Assembly (NCBI GenBank): GCA_947624115.1
Contig: CANQIS010000001.1
Location: 1 to 58,825, forward strand
Direction: 5' to 3'
DNA: 58,825 bases
From: an uncultured Bacilli bacterium
Lineage (GTDB): Bacteria; Bacillota_I; Bacilli_A; RF39; UBA660
Part shown: in pieces, positions 37,862 through 47,328 of the stretch
How the letters are laid out: each line of letters starts with the position of its first letter
Position numbering within the stretch: the stretch's first letter is position 1
Program-made: the position numbers and the translations under genes
The notes under the pieces: generated by a model
Databases searched by the model: none
Seen by the model: the letters and a program-made list of their open reading frames with translations, nothing else
What the model was told of the DNA's origin: nothing

Positions 37862-38845
37862 ATGAATTATCAAAAATATATGGAAATTGCTTTAGAAGAA
37901 GCAAAAAAAGGAATTTTATGTGGCGAACAACCATATGGAGCAGTATTATTAGCAGATGGTAAAATTGTATCAGTTGCTCATAATCAAGTAATGTCTTCTA
38001 ATAATAATTTAAATCATGCAGAAATAGTTGCCATAACGAATTATTTAAAAAGTGTGAAATCTAAACCAAAAGATTTAACTTTAATTACTACTTGTGAGCC
38101 CTGTGTCAATTGTTTTGGAACAGCCATAAAATTAGGTGTAAATAGATTTGTATATGGGTCTAGTCTAGAAACAGCTATTAATTATGGATCTAATGATATA
38201 CACATTGGACTAGAAGATTTTAAATTAATATATAATTTTGAAATTATTGATAATGTTTTAAAAGACGAATGTGATGCGATGCTTGAAAACTTCTATTTTA
38301 AGAATAATGTAGTAACATATTCAAAAGGTACTAGTGAAGAAATTTATTGGATGAAAAGAGCTTTAGAAATTGGCAGAAAAGGAATGTTAGAAAAAGAGGA
38401 ACTGCCTATTGGAATTGTTTTGGTAGCAGGAGATGAAATATTAAGTGAAACTTGTACTATGACATATACGCTCAATTCTCCAATAACTCATGGTGATTTT
38501 ATGGCCTTATATAATGCAGAAAGAAAAGTATACTCACCAACTTGCAAAAGACCTTTAGTTTTATATAGTTCATTAGAACCACATTTATTAGGTTTTGGTG
38601 CTGCAATAAAATGTAAGGTTGACAAAGTTGTTTTTGGTTTAGAGGCAATACCTGATGGTGGCTCTTGTTATTTGCCAAACATAGTAGGAATTAAAGAAAG
38701 AATACCGAAAGTAGTTGGTGGAGTTTTAAGAGATGAACAGTATGAACTAATGAAGGAATTTTTGAATACTCATGAAGAAAATCGTGTTGGATATGATTAT
38801 GCGAAAACACTTGTGAAATTGTATGAAAGTGAAAAAAAGAGGTAG
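37862..38845 (+). CDS. Tandem CDA-fold deaminase: GuaD/TadA-like active N-domain plus degenerate C-domain
   Basis: N-half has HAEIVAI and TCEPCVNC zinc ligands with a GuaD-like PYGAVLLADGKIVSVAHNQV. C-half keeps the fold pattern but reads THGDFMAL and LEPHLLGFG. ATG 37862 preferred over the track start 37844. Confidence 0.75.
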   Translation: MNYQKYMEIALEEAKKGILCGEQPYGAVLLADGKIVSVAHNQVMSSNNNLNHAEIVAITNYLKSVKSKPKDLTLITTCEPCVNCFGTAIKLGVNRFVYGSSLETAINYGSNDIHIGLEDFKLIYNFEIIDNVLKDECDAMLENFYFKNNVVTYSKGTSEEIYWMKRALEIGRKGMLEKEELPIGIVLVAGDEILSETCTMTYTLNSPITHGDFMALYNAERKVYSPTCKRPLVLYSSLEPHLLGFGAAIKCKVDKVVFGLEAIPDGGSCYLPNIVGIKERIPKVVGGVLRDEQYELMKEFLNTHEENRVGYDYAKTLVKLYESEKKR

Positions 38846-38850
38846 ATAAT

Positions 38851-39465
38851 ATGAATTTTGATTATTTCTATTCTAGACAAAAGAGTTATTTTGGTGAAGC
38901 ACCATCTGATGGACTTGTAACTATGCTTAAAGAATATGATGTGAATATTGGAAAAGCTTTAGACATAGGTGCAGGTGAGGGAAGAAATTCTATTTATCTT
39001 GCTTCATTAGGATTTGATGTGACATCAATCGAACCAACGAAAGTTGGGGCAAATAAAATTATAGAGAAATCTAATAAACTAAATTTGAATATTAATGTCA
39101 TAAATTGTGATTATCTTTCAGAAAATTTGAACGAAAAGTATGATTTTATTATAGCAGGAACATCGCTAGATCATATGGATAAACAATATTTAGATAATGC
39201 AGTTAATAAGTTAAAAAATAGTTTAAATATTGGTGGTTTAATTTATATCGTTGTATTTACAAAAAAAGATCCTGGTTATTTAAAACAACTTGATAATGCA
39301 AGTGAATGTTCTGGATTTATTAAACACTATTTTGAAGAAAATGAATTAAGAGATTATTTTAAAGATTTTGATATATTATATTATGATGAGTATATAAAAC
39401 CTGATAATACTCATGGAAAACCTCATGTTCATGGTAAGGCAAAAATAATTGCAAGGAAAATATAA
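38851..39465 (+). CDS. Class I SAM-dependent methyltransferase, TehB-like
   Basis: Motif I ALDIGAGEGRNSIYLA closely resembles TehB (LDLGCGNGRNSLYLA). Confidence 0.75.
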   Translation: MNFDYFYSRQKSYFGEAPSDGLVTMLKEYDVNIGKALDIGAGEGRNSIYLASLGFDVTSIEPTKVGANKIIEKSNKLNLNINVINCDYLSENLNEKYDFIIAGTSLDHMDKQYLDNAVNKLKNSLNIGGLIYIVVFTKKDPGYLKQLDNASECSGFIKHYFEENELRDYFKDFDILYYDEYIKPDNTHGKPHVHGKAKIIARKI

Positions 39466-39466
39466 T

Positions 39467-39964
39467 ATGGAATATGAACTATTATTAGAAAAAATAATTA
39501 AATTACTTTCTAAAACAAATTATGTTGTGCTTGCTACTGCAAGTAAAGATGGTGTTGTAACTGCTAGCAAAATGTGTATGATAGCAAATGTGACAACATT
39601 ATATTTTCAAACTGATTCCAATTTTGAAAAAGCAAGAAACATAATGGAAAATCCAAATGTAGCAATTACTATTGAAAATATTTATTTCAAAGGACAAGCT
39701 ACAATAATTGGGCATCCATCTGAAAATAAATTTTTTGTAGAAAAAATGAAAGAAAAGCACTATCAAACATATGAAAATTATACTGATTTACCTAATCAAA
39801 TTTTAATTGAAGTAAAACTTACTGAATGTAGAATATGGGGAATATGGCAAAATAATGGTATTGGTGAAGATAAAATTCATAGAGAAGAATCCATTAAAGT
39901 ATTAAATTTAAAAAATAAACAATTAACCAAAATAAAGTGTGATAACTTAAAAGGCGGTTATTAA
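39467..39964 (+). CDS. Pyridoxamine-5'-phosphate-oxidase-fold (flavin-binding split-barrel) protein
   Basis: LLSKTNYVVLATASKDGVVTASKMC...LYFQTDSNFEKARNIMENPNVAI pattern typical of PNPOx-like proteins. ATG 39467 preferred over the track start 39449. Confidence 0.6.
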   Translation: MEYELLLEKIIKLLSKTNYVVLATASKDGVVTASKMCMIANVTTLYFQTDSNFEKARNIMENPNVAITIENIYFKGQATIIGHPSENKFFVEKMKEKHYQTYENYTDLPNQILIEVKLTECRIWGIWQNNGIGEDKIHREESIKVLNLKNKQLTKIKCDNLKGGY

Positions 39965-40079
39965 TAGTATTATAAATAAATTATTATTATGTAGGAATTT
40001 AAAAAAATTTGTAACTAATTAATTTCTACATAAACCAACTTATAATTATAGTATTTAGTTAAATAAATTAAAAAATATA

Positions 40080-40991
40080 TTGTCAAACAAATGTTCTTAT
40101 TGTATAATGCTCTTATCAAGGAGGTTTTATAAGAATCAAAACAAATTAGAAACGATTTCAAATTTATTTGAAGGTAAGGAAATAAGAAGCATTTGGAATA
40201 GTGAAAAGGAAGATTATTATTTTAGTGTAGCAGATGTTATTGGAGCATTAACTGAAAGTCCTAGACCAAGAAAATATTGGAATGCTTTAAAAACAAAATT
40301 AAATAATGAAGGAAGTAAGTTGTCCTCAAAATTGGGACAACTGAAATTAAAATCTCAAAAAGATGGTAAAAGTTATTTAACAGATGTTTTAGATACTAAA
40401 GAAATATTAAGATTAATTGAATCAGTTCCTTCGCCTAAAGCCGAACCTCTTAAAATTTGGCTTGCTAATTTAGGTAGTTAAAGAATTGATGAGGTATTTG
40501 ATCCTGAAATTGCTATTAAAAGAGCAATTAATTATTATCGAAAACGAGGATATTCTGATAAATGGATTGAAACAAGATTAAAAGGAATACTAGACAGAAA
40601 TAAATTAATTGATATATGGAAAGAGGGAGGTATTTCAAAAGATTATGAATATGGAATACTAACCAATGAGATATATAAAGAGTGGTCTGGTATGAAAGCA
40701 AATGAATATAAATCATATAAAAGTATTAGAAAAGAATCTTTAAGAGATAATATGTCTGATATAGAAGTGGCACTTACCGATTTAGGAGAAATTGATACTC
40801 GTGAACTTGCTAAAGAGTATAAACTATATGGATTAGAGCAAAATAAAAAAATTGCTAAAATGGGTGGACATGCTGCCAAGGTTGCTAAAGAAGATATTGA
40901 AAAAAATTTAGGTAAATCAGTAATTAGTAATCAAAATAACCTTCCATATCAATATTTAGATGAAAAATATAAACTAGAAATAAAAAAATAG
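40080..40991 (+). pseudogene. Bro-N-domain protein, disrupted
   Basis: A single frame reads ..FEGKEIRSIWNSEKEDYYFSVADVIGAL..RKYWNALKTKL..SVPSPKAEPLKIWLANLGS*RIDEVF.. with an in-frame TAA at 40479-40481. TTGTCA-17-TATAAT (40080-40108) and AAGGAGG (40118-40124) are not followed by an in-frame canonical start. Confidence 0.65.
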
Positions 40992-41132
40992 AATGATAAT
41001 CAGTCCTCCTAAGTTGATTAATAACGGTTTAGATACTATGTTAATAAAATGTATAATATTGTTGTCATCATATAAATATATTTACTAGTTATTATATAGC
41101 ATATATAATTAATTTAGGAGGATATAAGTTAT

Positions 41133-41882
41133 ATGAAGAAAAAAAGTGTTTTAATTATTAGTTTTATTATTATTTTAATAATAGTTTATTTTAGTTATAA
41201 GGGTTTTAATTTGTATTATTATAATGTAAATAATATTATGACTCAGGATGCTAAAAATAATGTTGAACAATTTAACATAAGTAACACTATTACTATTAAA
41301 CATAGTTTAGTTGAAGCAAATGAATATTTTGAATATCAAAATATGAAAATTAGAAATGATTTTAAAGATTATAGTCGATTAGAACAAAATATAGAAAACT
41401 CTTCACCAAAACTAATTTTAAAAAATCAAGATAACAATACTACCAAATCTTTTTGGATGGGAATTGCTGATACTTATGTAGATATGCTAAAAGCCGATAA
41501 AACATTATTTGGAACAGACAATAAAAGAATTTCAAATATTGATTTTAGTAATGTTTTGAAGAACAATAATATAAATAATGATATCGATTTGTTTAACTAT
41601 TTATCAAAACAAAAAGACATTAAGAGTAATATATTTACTAGTGTTAAGGAAATGAAAGAAAATTATACAATTCAGTTTATGGTTTCAGTAATAATGCCAA
41701 CTGTAGATAGCATTACTTTAATAAATGGTGATTATGATGGCTATATATTTAATATAAAAAATGGTATGAAAGAAGTTAATATTATGAAAAATAATAAGCG
41801 ATATGTATTTATGTTTATTGATGAAACTGATTTAAATGATGAATACTTAAAAGATATTTTAAGTACTGTTGTTATAGAGTAA
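41133..41882 (+). CDS. Hypothetical membrane-anchored protein (249 aa)
   Basis: AGGAGG RBS; N-terminal TM segment; no motif recognised. Confidence 0.55.
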   Translation: MKKKSVLIISFIIILIIVYFSYKGFNLYYYNVNNIMTQDAKNNVEQFNISNTITIKHSLVEANEYFEYQNMKIRNDFKDYSRLEQNIENSSPKLILKNQDNNTTKSFWMGIADTYVDMLKADKTLFGTDNKRISNIDFSNVLKNNNINNDIDLFNYLSKQKDIKSNIFTSVKEMKENYTIQFMVSVIMPTVDSITLINGDYDGYIFNIKNGMKEVNIMKNNKRYVFMFIDETDLNDEYLKDILSTVVIE

Positions 41883-41932
41883 TATAATTAATTAAGAAAT
41901 TAGAAAAATAATGTATATTATAATTTGTGGGA

Positions 41933-42338
41933 GTGATAGACACGAAAGTTTTAAGTATAACGGAACCATATGCAACATTGATTAAAAATGGTATAAAGAC
42001 TATAGAAACTAGAAGTTGGAAAACAAATTATAGAGGTAAATTATATATACATGCTAGTTCTACTAATATATCAAAAGAATGTAAATAAAATGCAGAATTG
42101 ATGTCTTTAGTAGATATAAATGATTTGAATTTGGGAAAAATAATATGTTCATGTGAATTAATAGATTGTATTAAAATGACAGATGAATTTATAAATAATA
42201 TAAAAAATAGAAAAAATGAATATCTTACAGGTATATATAAAAATGGTAGATATGCTTGGATATTAAAAAACTATAGAACCACTAGATGAACCAATAAAAG
42301 CTAAAGGTAAATTAAATATTTGGAAATTTAACATTTAA
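41933..42338 (+). pseudogene. ASCH-domain protein, disrupted
   Basis: VIDTKVLSITEPYATLIKNGIKTIETRSWKTNYRGKLYIHAS.. has an in-frame TAA at 42086-42088. The C-terminal ..IEPLDEPIKAKGKLNIWKFNI is reached only after a frameshift at the A6 run 42265-42270. Confidence 0.65.
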
Positions 42339-42488
42339 ATAAATTTGATGAGGTAAACCATATATGAGGTTTGCTTTTTTTGATATAATTAAATTAGTAG
42401 TTATTTGTAAAAACATTTTTACAAAAAGTAATAGATATTTTATTTAAAAATATTTTTAAATAATGTATATTTATTTTGGAGGTGCTAT

Positions 42489-42929
42489 ATGACATTAGGT
42501 GAAAAAATTATTGAACTAAGAAAAAAGAAAGGACTAACACAAGAAAATTTAGCAGAACAATTAAATATTTCTAGACAAACTTTATTAAATTGGGAAAAAA
42601 ATAATACTATTCCTGATATATTACAAGCAAAAAATATCGCAAAATTTTTCAATATTAGTTTAGATGACTTATTGGATAACAACTTGGAAATCGAATGTAA
42701 AAATAATTCCAATAACATATTACAAAATCTGATTGGTAAAAATTGCTATTTACTTATGCATGAAAATTATGCCGATGCATTTATCAATTATAATGCTAAT
42801 GTAAAAATTTTAGATGTTAGTGATAGTTTTATAAAAATCGAATATAAAAAAGGAAAAGAGATAATAAATAAAATTATTGATTTAGATATTATCATTTCAA
42901 TCAAATTAGTTGAGGAGGCAGATAAATAA
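42489..42929 (+). CDS. XRE-family HTH regulator with C-terminal beta-rich domain
   Basis: LTQENLAEQLNISRQTLLNWEKNNTIPD. Confidence 0.8.
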   Translation: MTLGEKIIELRKKKGLTQENLAEQLNISRQTLLNWEKNNTIPDILQAKNIAKFFNISLDDLLDNNLEIECKNNSNNILQNLIGKNCYLLMHENYADAFINYNANVKILDVSDSFIKIEYKKGKEIINKIIDLDIIISIKLVEEADK

Positions 42930-43234
42930 TGGAAGTGTTTTTATTATTAATATTGATATTATTCTATTTTGAATTAAATAGTAAGATTAAGATGATTTTA
43001 AATAATCAAAACAAAAGTAATAAAAAAGATTATTCATTATTAAAAAAATTAGTTGGTAGGCAAATAGAGATTGATACTGATGATGAATATGAATTAGCAT
43101 TTGGTAGTAAAAAAAGAGGAATATTAAAAAATTTTAATGATACTTGGATTATCCTAGAAACACAAAACAAAGAAAAAAAAGAAACGATTTATTATAGACT
43201 AAGTAATATTAAAAGTATCGTTGAAGTTAAATAA
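42929..43234 (+). CDS. Small membrane-anchored protein paralogous to the C-domain of the preceding regulator
   Basis: 1-nt overlap with the upstream stop. N-terminal TM segment. LKKLVGRQIEI...IKSIVEV parallels LQNLIGKNCYL...IISIKLV. Confidence 0.55.
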   Translation: MEVFLLLILILFYFELNSKIKMILNNQNKSNKKDYSLLKKLVGRQIEIDTDDEYELAFGSKKRGILKNFNDTWIILETQNKEKKETIYYRLSNIKSIVEVK

Positions 43235-43788
43235 TAATACAACAGTCCTGTATATTATTTGAAACAGGATTTAAAAAAAGAATAATTATGACATTGTTTT
43301 TAAAATTGATTTTGAAAACATAAATTACAAATTATTAATTAAAAGTTTTAAAATATTTGAATTTTACGATGTGTATTAAATTTAAGATGATAAAAGTATA
43401 CCAAAAATCAAAAAAAATAATATATAATCTTTACTTTTGCAACAAAAATGAGTTAAACCTTTTAAAATAAGCCCTAACTCATTTTTTATTTGTTGTACAT
43501 TACTATATTTTTTAATTCTAAAGATAAATATGTCCCTTATATAACACGCTTTTAAAAACATATAAATATATTATATTAAAATGTAATGTAAAATAATAAA
43601 AATTTGACAAAAGAAAAGCCTTATATAACATGGACTAATTTCAAATTTTATTTCTATTTATCTGCCAAACCAAGGGAGTAGAAATATCGAAAGTCTATAG
43701 CAAATTTTATAAAATTTCTAAATTTTTTGATTTTTTTCTAAAATATAGTATAATGAGTTTAAATAATAAATAGAAAGTGTGATTATAT

Positions 43789-44118
43789 ATGGCTACTATA
43801 GAAGATTTTATGAAATTAGATATTAGAGTAGGTACAATTATAGAAGCTAAAATTTTTAAAAAGGCCATTCATCCTGCTTATCAATTAAAAATTGATTTTG
43901 GTAAAGAAATAGGTATAAAAAAATCATCGGCCCAAATTACAACATTATATAATAGTGATGAATTAATTGGTAAACAAGTTTTAGCAGTTGTAAATTTTCC
44001 ACCGCGACAAATTGCCAATTTTATCTCTGAAGTTTTAGTATTAGGCACTTATAGTCAAGATGGAGTTAGTTTAATAATACCTGATAAAAAAGTTCAAAAT
44101 GGTGATAAGTTAGGATAA
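43789..44118 (+). CDS. csaA: tRNA-binding chaperone-like protein CsaA
   Basis: DFMKLDIRVGTIIEA...IDFGKEIGIKKSSAQIT...VVNFPPRQIANFISEVLVLG closely resembles B. subtilis CsaA. Confidence 0.8.
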   Translation: MATIEDFMKLDIRVGTIIEAKIFKKAIHPAYQLKIDFGKEIGIKKSSAQITTLYNSDELIGKQVLAVVNFPPRQIANFISEVLVLGTYSQDGVSLIIPDKKVQNGDKLG

Positions 44119-44149
44119 TATAAATTTATTATATTAAAGTAGAAGAGTG

Positions 44150-44557
44150 ATGAAAAAATTTTTAGTAATATGTTTATGTAGTCTTTTTGTTTTATGTGGC
44201 TGTATTGATAAAAAACAAGAAAGTTCAGATATTCAAAATAGCGAAGAAATCGAAAAGGAAATATTAGATAATTTTAATAAAATATTAGAAGTATCTGATC
44301 TTTTATCGTCTAATCCTTATGATTATACTGAAAATGAATATTATGAAAATATAGTTAATTTAGGTAAACCTGCTGTTTTAGTTTTGATAGATATGTATAA
44401 TGATGGTAAATTAACTGGTTTGAATGCTTATTTATCAGCCCTAGCAATCGAAGATATAACTGACTGTAATTTATTTGAAACATATAATATTAATTGGTCA
44501 TCAGCCGACGAATTTTATCAAGCTTGGGAAAATAAAAATTGTGAATTTAAAGATTAA
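44150..44557 (+). CDS. Lipoprotein, unknown function
   Basis: Lipobox VLCGC. Confidence 0.6.
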   Translation: MKKFLVICLCSLFVLCGCIDKKQESSDIQNSEEIEKEILDNFNKILEVSDLLSSNPYDYTENEYYENIVNLGKPAVLVLIDMYNDGKLTGLNAYLSALAIEDITDCNLFETYNINWSSADEFYQAWENKNCEFKD

Positions 44558-44692
44558 TAAGAAATTAAGCAAGAAATCATTTTTGATTCTTGCTTTTATA
44601 ATAATTTAATAAATTAATATTATATATTTGCTAAAAATCATTTTACATATATATTATAATTTGCTATTATATATGTAAGAAAGAGGAAAAAA

Positions 44693-46153
44693 ATGGAAGT
44701 ATTTGAAAAATTGACGAAGCAGATATCTGAAACCAAATATTTAAATGCTGAAAATTCTTATCGCTATCGACCTATTATGCGATGTTTTTATAAAAATTAC
44801 GAACAGTTAGAATATTGGTTATACAAAGAAGATGTCTATCGCGAATTAAAAGAAAATGACATATTTAAAGATTACACACTTGAAGATTGTGAAAGAGATT
44901 TGGAAACTTTAACTGAATGGATGAGTTTGTCAAAAATGCAAGATACTAAAAATGCAACATCTATTGAAGAATTTAAAAATAAAAAATTTCGCTATCAGTT
45001 GACTGAATATGCTACTGTAATTGAAAGAATGACGATTTCTTTAGAAGAAATGAAAATTAAAACTGCATCATTAGAGCCAAAATTATTTGATAGAATTAGA
45101 ATTTCAATTGCAAAATTTGAAAATATTGACACTTTAACAGAAGAAGAAGTAATAGATTTATGGAACAATTTAAATGATGATTTTACTAAATTAAACGAAA
45201 ACTATCAAGATTTTCTAAAAAAATTTAATGAACCAAAATCTGAGGAATTATTACAAAGTGTTTTATTTTTACAATTTAAAACCGAAATTGTAAAATATTT
45301 AAGAGAATTTATAAAAGGCTATCAAAAAAATATTTATGCTATCAAAGATAGTATTAGTAACATCGATTCCCTAACCATTAATAATTTTATTAATAAAATA
45401 TGTGAACATTATAAAAAGAATCCTATGTTAAATCAAAACTTTGATTATGATTATTTCAAAGAAATAAATTTTGGAAAAATATCCAATATTTTTAAATGGT
45501 TTATTGGTAATGAAATGGATATAAGTGAAGGCGAAAAATTAATAAATACAACAGATAATATCATTGTTAAAATTACAAAATATGCTAGTTCTTTATTAGA
45601 ATTACATGGAAATATGACAAATCGTAAAGAAGAATATAAATATTTATGTAAATTGTTTGATAAAATAGATGATATTGCACTAGCGCATAAATATGCTTCT
45701 GTTATTTTTGGTATAGAAAATGTAAGGCATTATATAGGAAATTCTAATATAAATACCGATGTAATTGTAAATACTTATGATATTCCACCTATCGAAATTC
45801 TCTTATCATCACGAACTATTAATCGTAAGGAAAAAGTTCATATAGCACCTATAATTGATAAATCAAAAGAAAAACAAAAATTATTAGAAGAACATCGAGA
45901 AATTCAAAAGCAAAATAAAGAAATTTTAAAACATCTTATTAAAGATAAAAAAATTATTTTGAAAGATGAAATGAATTTAACAAAATATGAGCGAAAATAT
46001 ATTCAAAAATTACTTGGAACACCAAACAGAAAAGAAACTGAATTTGGATTAAACTATAGTATTAATAAAAGCGATGGTAAATGTAAAATTATTTCAGAAG
46101 ATGGAATCTTTTATTTAGATAGTATCGAAATAGAATTTGAAGGTGATATATAA
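44693..46153 (+). CDS. jetA: Wadjet JetA-like (kleisin-like, DUF2397/TIGR02677-type)
   Basis: First gene of the four-gene cassette. N-terminal YRYRPIMRCFY resembles the YRAIMR motif of this family. Confidence 0.7.
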   Translation: MEVFEKLTKQISETKYLNAENSYRYRPIMRCFYKNYEQLEYWLYKEDVYRELKENDIFKDYTLEDCERDLETLTEWMSLSKMQDTKNATSIEEFKNKKFRYQLTEYATVIERMTISLEEMKIKTASLEPKLFDRIRISIAKFENIDTLTEEEVIDLWNNLNDDFTKLNENYQDFLKKFNEPKSEELLQSVLFLQFKTEIVKYLREFIKGYQKNIYAIKDSISNIDSLTINNFINKICEHYKKNPMLNQNFDYDYFKEINFGKISNIFKWFIGNEMDISEGEKLINTTDNIIVKITKYASSLLELHGNMTNRKEEYKYLCKLFDKIDDIALAHKYASVIFGIENVRHYIGNSNINTDVIVNTYDIPPIEILLSSRTINRKEKVHIAPIIDKSKEKQKLLEEHREIQKQNKEILKHLIKDKKIILKDEMNLTKYERKYIQKLLGTPNRKETEFGLNYSINKSDGKCKIISEDGIFYLDSIEIEFEGDI

Positions 46154-47328
46154 TGGATGTGAATACCAAAGAATTAGAATATTTATTAAATAATTATTGG
46201 TGTTTAAAAGAACAAAGACCAGATGTTTATTTTAATATAAAAAATAAATTAGATTATTACAAAGATTTTATTCAAACTAAAATGGGTAGTAAATTGCTTG
46301 TAAATGATCGATTTATTAAATTAGAAAAAATACCTGCTACTCCTAAAGCGTATATGGGTATAATGGATTTTACTAATCCTTTAGAATATGTACTATTATT
46401 TATCATTTTAATATTCCTAGAAGATAAACCAAGATTGGAACAATTTATATTATCAAATTTAATTGAGTTTATTACTAATACAGCTACAACTTTAAAATTA
46501 GATAATCTTCCCGATTGGAATCGCTTGCAGCATCGAAAATATTTGGTAAATGTTATTAATCATTTAAGTGAATTAGGTATTATTAAAGTAGTTGAAGAAA
46601 AAAATATATTCACTGAAGACATAAAAGCGGAAGCTTTATATGAAACCACGGGACTTGCTAATTACTATGTTAGAGAATTCAAAAATAATATTTTAGAATA
46701 TAGGGAATTGAATGATTATGTCAATGATGAATTTACTGACCAAAATGAAAATATAGGCGATGTTAGACGCTATAAGGTTTATCGTCATTTACTTTTTGAA
46801 CTTTCGAGCTACACTGATGAATTAACAGAATTTGAAATAGATTATTTAAGAAAATTTCGTAATAGTATTAATAGTGAATTAAGTAAATATACACTTTCGG
46901 AATTAGAATTAACTAAAGACATGGCTGTTTTAATGTATGATGAAGAAACAAAAGAAAAATTTGATTTTCCTAATGGTAAAGCAATTTCAGATATTGTTTT
47001 ATTAATAAATAATTACTTATTAAACAAATTAAATAATAATGAATTTAACTTAGAAAATGATGAAACTATTATAATTTCTAAAGAACAATTATATCGAATT
47101 ATAAAGGAAACTAGAAAAGATTATTTAGATTATTTAAGTAAAAAATATCGTGAGTTGTCTATTGATAATTTTATCAAAGAGGTTATTTCTTATATGCAAG
47201 AGTATGATTTTATAAAAGAAATAGAATTAGGTTATAAAATATACCCTAGTGTTTCTAAATTGGTAGGATATATTCCAAAAGACGATACTGAACAATTAAA
47301 TTTATTTGGAGGTGATGATAATGAATAG
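46153..47328 (+). CDS. jetB: Wadjet JetB-like (DUF2398/TIGR02678-type)
   Basis: 1-nt overlap with jetA; size and position fit the family. Confidence 0.65.
   Translation: MDVNTKELEYLLNNYWCLKEQRPDVYFNIKNKLDYYKDFIQTKMGSKLLVNDRFIKLEKIPATPKAYMGIMDFTNPLEYVLLFIILIFLEDKPRLEQFILSNLIEFITNTATTLKLDNLPDWNRLQHRKYLVNVINHLSELGIIKVVEEKNIFTEDIKAEALYETTGLANYYVREFKNNILEYRELNDYVNDEFTDQNENIGDVRRYKVYRHLLFELSSYTDELTEFEIDYLRKFRNSINSELSKYTLSELELTKDMAVLMYDEETKEKFDFPNGKAISDIVLLINNYLLNKLNNNEFNLENDETIIISKEQLYRIIKETRKDYLDYLSKKYRELSIDNFIKEVISYMQEYDFIKEIELGYKIYPSVSKLVGYIPKDDTEQLNLFGGDDNE

Noticed and set aside
39989-40031. Inverted repeat ATGTAGGAATT...AATTTCTACAT after the FolE operon as its terminator.
   Set aside because: The loop is about 21 nt, the stem is AT-rich with a mismatch, and no U-tract follows. 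The operon 3' end is therefore left unassigned.
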